A stretch of 63,935 nucleotides of DNA, filler included, from Craspedostauros australis (Eukaryota): NCBI GenBank assembly GCA_030167865.1. It is 10 parts of 10 records of this genome, joined end to end, with 100 filler letters (N's around TTAATTAATTAA, not from the genome) between each part and the next. Parts side by side here need not be neighbours in the genome. Positions count along the whole stretch, not along the records: positions 38,163 to 45,098 come from JALAGF010003818.1; positions 45,199 to 47,860 come from JALAGF010003819.1; positions 47,961 to 53,252 come from JALAGF010003820.1; 7 more parts are not named here. One strand, given 5' to 3'. Below are positions 38,163-49,445 of this stretch, one piece after another. Every line of letters starts with the position of its first letter. Position 1 is the first letter of the stretch. Below the pieces are notes generated by a model. That model searched no databases, was not told the origin of the DNA, and saw only the letters and a program-made list of their open reading frames with translations. The translations under genes and the position numbers were made by a program.

Positions 38163-39581
38163 ACGGAGCTGACTGACTACTTCCAACACGTGGGAGGAAG
38201 ATTTGAAGTAGCCAAAATCCAGGCACCATCCACAACGACGCTCGGTTGGCTGCTGTACTCCACACGACAGATTGACGCAGATGCTCTGGAAGAGGAGCTC
38301 ACCAAGCTCGCGAAGACACAGGTAGCAATCACGTGGAAACGGATCTCGGATGGTGAGAAGTACGACCCGAATCGGGATACAAAGAAAGACCCCCGGGCGT
38401 TACACGTGGAGTCAAGCACAGAAGACAGAGCTCTGGTGGCGAAGGTACTCGAAGTGTACTACAGCACACAGGCAAAGAAGTTCCCACTGGGGGTACGAAT
38501 GCGGATCATCACACCCCTCTCAGGAATCGTCAATACCGACATGAGGAAAGGGTGGTTCGAACTGAGGGAACGGCAGATGGAATGGTGTCTGAATGTGGTC
38601 GCAATGACGACATACGACATCATACCAGAATGCCTACAGGAAATTCCAGAAGGATCACACCTCACACTTCGGGAGATGATCATGAGAACCAAGTCGACTT
38701 CAGGCAACATCCGAACGCCTTTATTCACCTCGGTGGACAAACAGTGGAGGGGAAATGGCTATGTGCTCCAATTTCATCCAGACAAAACAGCGGAAGCCAG
38801 AATGGTGGTGAAAGGACTGCTGGTCAAACTGACCGCCGACTACGGAAGTGATGTGGAACGAGTATTCACTTCAATGGCCCGTGTGGAATCAAGGACGATG
38901 CGATGGGATGAAGAGTCCAAGAGAGTGATCTCGGAAAAAGACAAAGAGGTTGAAGCCGCGATGACCATAGACGAGGACATGCATTTCGTGACAGACAAGA
39001 CACAGGAAGAGTCCAGCGACGAGGAGGAGGAGAGATTCGAGAGCAACGTCAGAAAAGAGAAAGACTACGGCGAAGAGGATACTATTCCATCCATGAGGGA
39101 CAAGAAAGCATGGCGAAAAATTAAGGAGACGAAGACAGCACAAAGAAAGAAAGCGCAGAAGAAGAAGGAGGAGGAGGCTTCGGTAGCATCATCTATCACA
39201 GAAGGAAGCAGACAGACCACGGGAACACAACGAGAGAAAGTGGCAATGCTGCAAGAACAGATGGGGAAAATCCTGGAAGCGAGAGCACAAGGGTCGGTAA
39301 CATCGACACTCTCGGGTAGCACAGGACGGACGACAGGAACGACAAGGGCGATGATGGCATCGATGCAGAGACAGATGGAGGAGATGCAAAGAATGTTGAT
39401 ATCAACGAATGAGGAGAATGCAAGACTCAGGTCCGAGAGGCAAGATGTGCAAGAACGGACGGATGTAAGACCACCGACGGTCCAGTGCGATACACCAGCC
39501 ATCAGAATGGGCGACAACCAGGACGAGGTGCATGACAATGAAGGAAACGGGGAACCGCAAGGTGACCCGGAGAAGGGTTAG
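38163..39581 (+). CDS. LINE ORF1, C-terminal half with coiled-coil-like segments
   Basis: 38163-39328 is the reverse complement of 45199-46364; merged ORF1 is 931 aa. Confidence 0.85.
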   Translation, partial: TELTDYFQHVGGRFEVAKIQAPSTTTLGWLLYSTRQIDADALEEELTKLAKTQVAITWKRISDGEKYDPNRDTKKDPRALHVESSTEDRALVAKVLEVYYSTQAKKFPLGVRMRIITPLSGIVNTDMRKGWFELRERQMEWCLNVVAMTTYDIIPECLQEIPEGSHLTLREMIMRTKSTSGNIRTPLFTSVDKQWRGNGYVLQFHPDKTAEARMVVKGLLVKLTADYGSDVERVFTSMARVESRTMRWDEESKRVISEKDKEVEAAMTIDEDMHFVTDKTQEESSDEEEERFESNVRKEKDYGEEDTIPSMRDKKAWRKIKETKTAQRKKAQKKKEEEASVASSITEGSRQTTGTQREKVAMLQEQMGKILEARAQGSVTSTLSGSTGRTTGTTRAMMASMQRQMEEMQRMLISTNEENARLRSERQDVQERTDVRPPTVQCDTPAIRMGDNQDEVHDNEGNGEPQGDPEKG

Positions 39582-42500
39582 ACCCGCAGGGCAAGATCGA
39601 CAGCCAGTGGCAGCACGGCGATTGCATCTGAGCCCACAACAAGCGCCTACGGACGATAATGTCATACCGCGACAGCAAGACCGTAGAAACGACGAGGGAA
39701 GCAGAGGGGGAAGGATGATCAGGGTGAGGAGGAACATGCTGCGAAAACAGACAGGGCAACTAAGGATCGGACTGCAGAACTTCGGAGGGTTGAGAAGCAG
39801 AGCAGGGGATGTAGATGAAGGGCTGAAGAGATGGATGAATGAAGGGGAGTTTGATATCTTTGGAATAACGGAGGTGAACGTGGATTGGAGAACGACGACG
39901 ACAGAGCACTCACTCAAAGGAAGGATACAAGAGTGGTGGCCCACGGGAACGGCAGTGGCAAGGACGGCGAACAATCAGACGTGTGAACCGGCTCATGGGA
40001 AGCAATGGGGAGGAGTCGCTATGATTAGCAGATTCCAGGCCGCAATAAGAATAATGGAGCAAGGAGAAGACAGTACGAGATTGGGAAGATGGGTTTGGCA
40101 ACGATACCGAGGAGCACAACAACAAACGCTGCGAGTGGTGACGGCATACAGACCGTGCAGGCCGCGAAGCAAAGGGTTTTTGAATACACACGCACAGCAA
40201 CGAAGATACTTCAACGAGAGGGATAAGGACAGAGAGCCAAGGACAGCGATGATTGAGGATCTACAGAAGGAGATCATAAAGTGGCGAAGTGAGGGAGATC
40301 ACATTGTGGTGATAATGGATTGTAATGAAGACACCGATTCAACCACAATGACGAGATTCAGAGCAGCAACCGGGCTTCGCAACACAATGGAGTATGCAGG
40401 CAACGAAGTGCGACGGATGCCGACTCACCGCCTTGGGAAGGTACCGATCGATGGGATATTCGCAACAGCAGCAGTGAAAGTGGAAGGTGCCGGAATGAGC
40501 AACTGGGATGAAGGAATACAGATGCGGCAGGCAGATCATCGATGTCTGTGGATAGATATAAGCATGGAGGCAGTGCTGGGACAATCGATGGCGCAGCTGA
40601 GGAAAGCAGTGACAAGAAGAGTGAAAACGGAAGACCCAAGGATAGTCGATCGATTCAATATAGCATACGCGAAGCATCTGAAAATGCACAAAGCAAAGAA
40701 GCGAGCATTTCGGTTGGAGCGACAAGCAGCAACAGAATGGAATGTGGACATGGAGAAAGAAGCAGAAAGGTTGGATAGAATCAGGATCGAAGGAATCTGG
40801 AAAGCAGACAAAGCTTGTCGAAGGCTGAGGATGGGAGGAATCCCGTATTCCAGGGAGTATAAGATCGTCGAAGCCCGAATAGGCATGTGGAACAACATTG
40901 TCAGAAAAAGGAAAGGGGCAAATGTCTCGTCCACCACCATTGTAAGACTTGCAAAGCGGGCCCAGGAAGACAGGCCAGTGAAAGAACTAATGCGAGTGAA
41001 CGACGGGGAACTGGAGAAGGAACAACAAGCGGCGTATGAGGCATTGCGAACGTTCCGAACAAGAGCCACGAGGGCGAGAGAGAACTGGCTGGAAGGGCTA
41101 GCGACAGCAAGAGGCAGAGCGGAGTTACAACAACAGGCGAACACAGATGAGAAATCCGAGAAGCAAAGGCAGCAGAGGAGCGCAAAGGAGGCTACAGAGC
41201 AACAAATACGACAGCTGCGCAAGAAAGAGAGGGTGAGAGCAACGTATAAAAGGATCAGAACAGCCACGGGAAGCAATATAGCGGCGGGTATATCAATGGT
41301 GATAGCCCCGGACGGACAAGGGAATTGGGTAGAGCGGACGGGTAAAGAAGAAATTGAGAAGGGATGTATGGAAGAGAACAAGAGGAGGTTCAGGCAAACG
41401 GAGGAGACGCCATTTATGCATGGAGTCCTGGCGAAGGAATTCGGGTATTTGGGAGTGACTGAGGCAGCCGATAGAACGCTGAAGGGAGACTATCAACCGA
41501 AACCATGGGTCGATGAAGGAGCACGGAAGCTACTGCAAGGGTTGAAATCGGTGGCCAAACAACAAATCCCAGCAGGAATGACAACCGACGAATTCCAGCA
41601 AGGGTGGAAAAAGGCCAAGGAAGATACCTCTGCGGGGCCATCAGGGCTACACTTTGGGCACTTCAAGGCTATAGCTCACCATCGATCCAACTCGGACTTC
41701 GAAGCCAGCATGACGTCGGTGGCGATGAAGAGTGGGTACTCGTATAAGCGGTGGCGCAGAGGAACCGACGTGGAGATCATGAAGAAGGCCAACAGCTTTC
41801 GAGTGGACAAACTCAGAACGATTGTGCTGTTTGAAGCAGATTTCAATTTTGCGAATAAAGCCATCGGAAGGAAGGCGGCGAAGCAGGCGGAGCAGCAGAA
41901 GGGCTTCGCAGAAGAACAATATGGCAGCCGGAAAAGACACCGCGCCATTGATCACGCGCTGAACAAACAACTCACAATGGACTGGGCGAGACAAACACGA
42001 ACCCCGACAGTCCTGTGCACAAACGACCTAAAGAGCTGCTACGATCGGATCGTGCACTCGATAGCGTCGTTAGGATTGCAGAGACAAGGGATAGCGCAGT
42101 CGGAAGTGGTGTGCATGTTCAGCACGCTCCAGCACCTTGAGCATTACATCCGCACGGCGTACGGCGAATCCAAGCATACGTATGGAGGAAGCGGATGGGT
42201 GGTGCCTATGCAAGGTATTTACCAAGGAAACGGAGCAGGGCCTGTCATATGGGCAGTGATCTCGTTGCCTATATTGGAAGTGATGAAGAAGGAAGGACAT
42301 ACCGCGCGGTTTACGACAGCAGTAAGCGGCGAAGAAGTGCAGATGGTAGGATACGCATTTGTGGATGATACGGACCTTGTGGTGAATGCGCGACAAGGAG
42401 AAGGCATACAGGAGGCAATCCGGCGCATGCAACAAAGCGTAACAAGGTGGGAAAGCCTGGCGAGGGCGACAGGAGGAGCACTAGTTGTCGACAAATGCAT

Positions 42501-45098
42501 GTGGTGGGCGATCGATTTCAGATGGGAAGAAGACGGATCATGGAGGTACGCAGAGGACGACGAGAATCCTGCGAGTCTGATGATGCGCGGGACAACAGGG
42601 CAGCTGCAGAAGATGCCAAGAAGCGCGGCGGGTCAGGCATTCGAGACGCTCGGCGTCAAGCTCGCTCCGGATGGAAACGGGTCTGCGATTGAATCGACGC
42701 TGCAGGGCAAGGCCGAGAAATGGGTAGAAACGGTACGGGCATGGCGAATGAGGAAAGAGGATGCAGAAGTGGCAATGCGGACAGTATTGATGAAGAAGCT
42801 GGAATACGTCCTGCCGGTGGCGCAGCTCTCGCGAACTCAATGCGATAACGTGATGCGCCCCGTGTGGAGCACGATGATGTCAAAAATCGGATTCAATAAA
42901 GGATTCCCCAGAGCCATGGCGTACGCGTCGCACGAGTGGCTTGGGGCCAATATGCATGAGCTACACACGACGCAGGTGGTAGAACACGTGAAGATGGTAT
43001 TGGAGCACGGAAGCAGGGACAACATGACAGGCCGGCTGCTAAGAGGCAGCATACAGGCGATGAAAACCGAAGTGGGCGTGGGCAACTCGGCGTTCGAGAT
43101 TGATTTCAATCAGTGGGCATTCCTGGCGACAGATTGTTGGGTCAAGACGGTCTGGCGAGAAACGCATGAATGCAATATAAGGTTGAAAGAAAAAACAGAC
43201 ACGGCTGGGTTGGTCCATGAAAGAGACGAGTGGTTGATGGTGGCGCTAATGAGAGAAGGATACAGCAGAGAGCAACGGGTCCGATTGAACAGGTGCAGAA
43301 TAGTGATGAAGGTGGTTAGTGTGGCAGACGTGGTCGAAGCAAGGCGACGACGATCAGTGGCGAGCAGTCCAATGGAAAATGGCAGCAAGTGGAGAGGAAG
43401 AGAGCACATCCAATGGCCGAGACAGGGACCGCTGCCACGGAAAGATTGGATGTTATGGAAACAAGCTATGACGCGTATAGCCAAGAAAGCAAGGCACAGT
43501 GAGGAATGGGAACTGGAACAGGTCGGCGCGGTACGGGCCGAGAATGGAAGAAAACTGTGGACGCGCGATGGGCCGAGGAAGTGGTCTGAATGGAGCAGCA
43601 GAGAAGGAATGGTTCCGGGCATGGAGCGATACCAACGTACGCAACGAGCATCGAGCGGGCCACCGGAAGGCGGGCGAGCGGTGTTTGTGCGAGAAGTGCG
43701 TCAGGAGCTACACGTGGTTGGGACAGGCGGCAGAGTCCAGCGGAGTCAATCCAAGTCTGACAAACGATTGAGCAAGGCGGAAAAGCAGTGGCTGGAGGCA
43801 GTGGCAGCAGGGGATGCAGTGGTCAGTACAGATGGATCGTTCAAAAGCGGCAGAAGCACGGCGGCGTACTCACTCAACAAGCATGGACGGCGCAAGGGGT
43901 TGGTGACAGCAGCAGCAGTGGTGCAAGGTCGCAAACAAGTGCAGAGTGCGTACCGTGCAGAGCTAGGAGGGATTCTCCAGGCGCTGCGAAGAGTCGAAAG
44001 CATCATGCAGCGCGACCGCCAACGGCATGACACAGCTGGTAAGACAGTGGTAGTGGCGTGTGACAACAAAATGGCAGGCATCCACGCAGTCCAATACACG
44101 CAAGACGTCAGTACGGCAGTTCAGCACTTCGACATCCTCAGGGAGATACGGGGTATACAACGCAGGTTACCAGTACAACTACGGTACAAGCACGTATATG
44201 GCCACCAGCTGGAACGAGACCGCGGCGTGGCACAGGATGAATTTGCGTTTTGGAACGATGAAGTCGACAAGCAGGCCGGAGCAGCGCAAATGAGCGAAGC
44301 TGCATGTAGTGACAATGAATGGGGAGCAAATGAGTGGTCGGTGTGGCTGGACGGCGAGAAGGTATGCAAGAGTTTGACGGAGACGCTCCGCAACTACGTA
44401 CAAGGCCAACGGACCAAAGGGTGGCAACGCAAAGTGGGCCGTATCCGTAAGGAGCAGATGTCAGCAGTGGATATTGTAGCGGCGAGATTAGCCATGGGGC
44501 GAATCACGACAAGGCGCAGGCAATGGGTGGCAAAGCATGCATGCAGTTTCGGACCCGTTGGCAGAAATATGCACAAATGGAAATTCTGGGCGACCAGCCT
44601 GTGCCCAATATGCGGGCAGTGCGAGGAAACGACGGACCACGTCATGCAGTGCCAGCACCCAACGGCTGTAGCGGTGCGACGGGCAGCTATGAAAGAGTGG
44701 GAAACAGGAATGCTGGCAGGGAGGGGAAGCGGGTTGATGGTACACGAATTAGTTCGGCAGGTAGGCGCATGGTGCGACGGGTTGAGGTTGGAGAACGAGC
44801 AAGGGCCACAACTGAGCAAGGCCGTTGAAGAGCAGGCAAGTATAGGGTGGAATATGATGGTGAGGGGCCGGTGGTCTAAGAAGTGGGGGCTAATGCAAGA
44901 GCAAACAATGGAGCTCCACGAACAGCCAGGGACGGCGGCGAACTGGATTGCAAGAGCGATAGTGGGGTTGTGGGAAGTACGGTGGAAGGCGTGGGAAGCG
45001 AGAAATAAGGTACTGCACGAAAGCGAGTCAGGGATCGCGGTCGCAAAGCTGACACGAGAGGCAGCGCGTGCAGTACGCAAAGAATGGAGGAAGGGCGT
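39532..45098 (+). CDS. LINE ORF2 polyprotein: APE endonuclease, reverse transcriptase, RNase H, CCHC zinc knuckle (3' end cut by gap)
   Basis: APE: GITEVN, MDCN, IDGIF, ADHR; RT: NDLKSCYDRI, QGIYQGNGAGP, FVDD; RNase H: STDGS, AYRAELGG, ACDN, HVYGH, NDEVDKQA; CPICGQCEETTDHVMQC. Confidence 0.93.
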
Positions 45099-45198
45099 NN
45101 NNNNNNNNNNNNNNNNNNNNNNNNNNNNNNNNNNNNNNNNNNTTAATTAATTAANNNNNNNNNNNNNNNNNNNNNNNNNNNNNNNNNNNNNNNNNNNN

Positions 45199-47741
45199 CG
45201 TCCTGTGCTACCCGAGAGTGTCGATGTTACCGACCCTTGTGCTCTCGCTTCCAGGATTTTCCCCATCTGTTCTTGCAGCATTGCCACTTTCTCTCGTTGT
45301 GTTCCCGTGGTCTGTCTGCTTCCTTCTGTGATAGATGATGCTACCGAAGCCTCCTCCTCCTTCTTCTTCTGCGCTTTCTTTCTTTGTGCTGTCTTCGTCT
45401 CCTTAATTTTTCGCCATGCTTTCTTGTCCCTCATGGATGGAATAGTATCCTCTTCGCCGTAGTCTTTCTCTTTTCTGACGTTGCTCTCGAATCTCTCCTC
45501 CTCCTCGTCGCTGGACTCTTCCTGTGTCTTGTCTGTCACGAAATGCATGTCCTCGTCTATGGTCATCGCGGCTTCAACCTCTTTGTCTTTTTCCGAGATC
45601 ACTCTCTTGGACTCTTCATCCCATCGCATCGTCCTTGATTCCACACGGGCCATTGAAGTGAATACTCGTTCCACATCACTTCCGTAGTCGGCGGTCAGTT
45701 TGACCAGCAGTCCTTTCACCACCATTCTGGCTTCCGCTGTTTTGTCTGGATGAAATTGGAGCACATAGCCATTTCCCCTCCACTGTTTGTCCACCGAGGT
45801 GAATAAAGGCGTTCGGATGTTGCCTGAAGTCGACTTGGTTCTCATGATCATCTCCCGAAGTGTGAGGTGTGATCCTTCTGGAATTTCCTGTAGGCATTCT
45901 GGTATGATGTCGTATGTCGTCATTGCGACCACATTCAGACACCATTCCATCTGCCGTTCCCTCAGTTCGAACCACCCTTTCCTCATGTCGGTATTGACGA
46001 TTCCTGAGAGGGGTGTGATGATCCGCATTCGTACCCCCAGTGGGAACTTCTTTGCCTGTGTGCTGTAGTACACTTCGAGTACCTTCGCCACCAGAGCTCT
46101 GTCTTCTGTGCTTGACTCCACGTGTAACGCCCGGGGGTCTTTCTTTGTATCCCGATTCGGGTCGTACTTCTCACCATCCGAGATCCGTTTCCACGTGATT
46201 GCTACCTGTGTCTTCGCGAGCTTGGTGAGCTCCTCTTCCAGAGCATCTGCGTCAATCTGTCGTGTGGAGTACAGCAGCCAACCGAGCGTCGTTGTGGATG
46301 GTGCCTGGATTTTGGCTACTTCAAATCTTCCTCCCACGTGTTGGAAGTAGTCAGTCAGCTCCGTCGTGATTTTGCTGATCTGTCCTTTTGCTTCGATCTT
46401 CACCTTCAGGTATCCTTTCTCTCGTGCTGCCTTGTAGATCGGTCTTACTCCTTTGAAGAATTTCTTCAGGTTGGTCATGTCGGTGGGGAATGACTCCATG
46501 GCGTGGACGATAGTCTGATCTTCATAGGGATTCCATGGGATGAGTTTTGCTGTTGCATTCACTCTTTGAATCGATCGTAGAAACTCCTTGCATGACGCAA
46601 TGGCCGCATCGATCGCCGTTCCTGCGTCGTTCGCCCCGTCTCCTCCTTCTATCATCATTTGTACGTCGCAGTACCTCGTTTCCACCGCCTCGTCGCGACC
46701 TGTTCCTCTCCAGTTCAAACCGCTTTCATTGCTGCCTGCCTGTGTGGCATCGTCGCAGTCCATGCTTTCTTCTGGTTTGTGGAGTTCTGGCTCTTTCTCC
46801 TGTTGTTTCTCGTCTCCCCTGCTGCCGATTGCATTCTCCTTTGGTCCTTCTTGTTCCTTGTTCTCTTCATCGTCGTCTTGTTTGGCTGCCTCATCTTCCT
46901 TTTCTCCTCCCGTTCTACGCAGGTCCGTCCTTTTGTGTGGTTGTTCCTCTTGCATCGCGTGTCGCGGGCTCCTTGTCGTCCTCTTCTTGTTCCCTCCTTC
47001 TGCACCTCCTTTCTCTTGTTGCGCGTCGTCTCCTCCTCCTTTCGTAGTCTCTTCCCATTCGTCGTCCCATTCGTTCTCATCTTCACTGCTGTCGTCCGCT
47101 CCCTCTTCGTCCCTCTTCTTCTCCCCCGTCTTGTCTCGTGTTTCTGCCTCTGCACCCTCGTCCTCGTCGTTTGCTGTCGGTTCCTGTACCCGCGTTGCCT
47201 GCTTGCTCTCTTCTCCTTGCTTTTCTCCATCATCCTTCGCCGTACCTTCATTGTTGCCTTTCGCATTCTTCATCTTTCCCCACTTCTTGCTCAGTGCTCT
47301 TCGGATGGCGTCTTCCGATGACCCCACGTATTGCTGTCCTGTTTTTTCTTCTTGGACGTTGATGCCTTCTTTTGCGATACATTGTTTGCAGACCACCGGG
47401 AACCCTCTCGGTGTTGTCAGCCCTTCTTCTGGCTTAATCCATGCCCTACACTCTCTGTGTGCCGGCTCTCCGCACGCGATGCATCTGACTGCTGCTGCCG
47501 CCCTTCCTCTTCCCTTGCAATACTTCCCTGCTGCGCACTCGACTTTTCGTGCCCCTCTCCCTTGCTTTCCATCGTTCTTGCCCGTTTCTTGCCCAATTCT
47601 TCTCCTGCTCAATCCCTCTTGCGCCTCTCCCTCTCTTCTCTCTACTCCTGTTGTTTTGTTGTTGTTGATTGCTCCTCGGATATACGCTTCCATCGGCATT
47701 TGGCCGGACGGTCTCGTCATCTTGCTCCTCGGTGTCGCCAT
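45199..47741 (-). CDS. LINE ORF1, N-terminal part with PHD-like finger (same element, contig in opposite orientation; 5' UTR to 47860)
   Basis: ATG 47741; CAAGKYC..CIAC....HREC..CKQC is a C4HC3 pattern; overlaps ORF1 at 38163-39328. Confidence 0.85.
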
Positions 47742-47960
47742 CGTTGGTTCGTTGTCTTACTGGTTATTTTTGCTGTCTGTTGTCTTTCTTTTATTTGTTT
47801 ATTCGTGTTTGTTTGCTGCGACAATTTCTTCCGGAATTTTGGTTCCTTTTGGAAATTGTGNNNNNNNNNNNNNNNNNNNNNNNNNNNNNNNNNNNNNNNN
47901 NNNNTTAATTAATTAANNNNNNNNNNNNNNNNNNNNNNNNNNNNNNNNNNNNNNNNNNNN

Positions 47961-48841
47961 GCAAAGAAACCAGTACCAGTGCGAGAATTGTCATCCTCGT
48001 TTGACTTCCCACCACCAACGTTGTTTCCCTCCGCATCACACTCCAAGGTTTGCAACAGCTCGGCGAAGTCCTTGGGATTGGGAAAGTCCTTGATGGAGTT
48101 TTGCAGATGCAGGTATTCACGCGGCTTCCCACTCAGCACTCCGCCGACGACGGGTACGACGTGGCGGATGAAGAAGCGAGCGAAGTACCCCAGAATGCCC
48201 GACGTCTCTGGATCTGGTTCCGAAAACTCCAGCACGCAGAACACCGCATTCGGTCGCAACAACGTATGGATTTGGCAAAGGGCATCCTCGCGTTCTGGAA
48301 CGTTGCGAATGCCAAATGACATGGTGGCGCCGTCAAACAGTTCGGCATCCTCGCCTTGCTGCTCACGATACGTCGCCACCAACTTGCGCGCATCCGCCAC
48401 GCGTAACGAGATGCGATCGGCCATGCCGCGATGTGACACCTTGTCGCGTCCTACATCCAGCATGTTCGACGACGGATCCACGCCCACGATCGTCGCATCG
48501 GGCATGGCCTTGCCCAGCAGCAGCGCCACGTCGGCCGTGCCCGTCGCCACATCCAGCAGCCGGCGTGCCGTCGTTGTCTTGCGCTGCACGACCTGCACCA
48601 TCTCCTCACGCCAACCAATGTCCATGTTCATGGCCAGCACGCGGTTGATGGTATCGTAGCGCGTCGCGATCTGATCGAACATGCTGCCGGTGCCAAAGTC
48701 GGTCGGCGGCGTTGCGACGGACAGCTTGCGGACCTGGTACGTGAAGATGCCCAGCAGGGGCATGATCACGATGGCGGCCTTGACGGTCCAGTTCAATTGC
48801 AGCGGCTTGGGCTGGCGCACTGGGATCGTGTTGGACGACAT
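47961..48841 (-). CDS. UbiE/MenG/COQ5-family quinone C-methyltransferase with N-terminal TM (3' end cut by gap)
   Basis: MFDQIATRYDTINRVL, LLDVATGTADVA, MSFGIRNV, VLEFSEP, YLHLQNSIKDFP. Confidence 0.9.
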
Positions 48842-49445
48842 GGTGATACCAGATTACGCTGAGTGTGCTATTATCCTCGCGTGCAAATACTCGTATGATG
48901 TGCTCTCGCCTACTGCTATGTACAAGTCTGCTCGGCGTCGTTTGGTCTCTGTCAACAATCACTTCGTGTTCAGTTCGTCGAGGATGTCGTCTGATTGCGG
49001 TTGTGCAATGATCATCGTCATGGTCGGTTGCTCTGAGAGGTTGAAGTTGGTGTTGTGTGCTTTCTTCTCTTCAAAAGTGGGTGCGTCATCGACGAAGATT
49101 TTCGTTTCGTTGTTTTCTGTGTTGTGGAACGTGAACCATCGAGTCACGAGTGGTCTCGGCAACAACAAAGAGAACTCGAGTTGGATTTTGGTACGATGCC
49201 AATCCCGCATTCCTCCATTTGTGGTGCAGATCCGCCGCCGTCTAGGTACTCCAGATGTAGAACTCCTGTGGGTGGCCAGAGGAAGCGGCAACTATGAATG
49301 CAAGAGATGCCTGAGGATTCAACCATTTTAAAAACATATAATATTATATGATGTATACTCTACATGACAATGTGTTACCTCGACTATGAAGACACTTGCT
49401 CGACAAATACTCTCCGGACACTGACGGCATGCTCGATCGCTTGTT

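Larger units (their letters stand above)
38163..45098 (+). mobile_element. Non-LTR retrotransposon (LINE), internal and 3' part; Ambal-like architecture
   Basis: ORF1 end plus long ORF2 with APE, RT, RNase H and CCHC domains; purine-rich sense strand; both ends cut by gaps. Confidence 0.92.

Noticed and set aside
38163..46364. 1166-bp inverted repeat around the RT ORF suggesting a DIRS/Penelope-like element
   Set aside because: It is ORF1 sequence shared by two contig ends; merging gives a normal LINE
49330..49345. 16-bp palindrome CATATAATATTATATG
   Set aside because: Low-complexity AT tract in a 3' intergenic region; no supporting context
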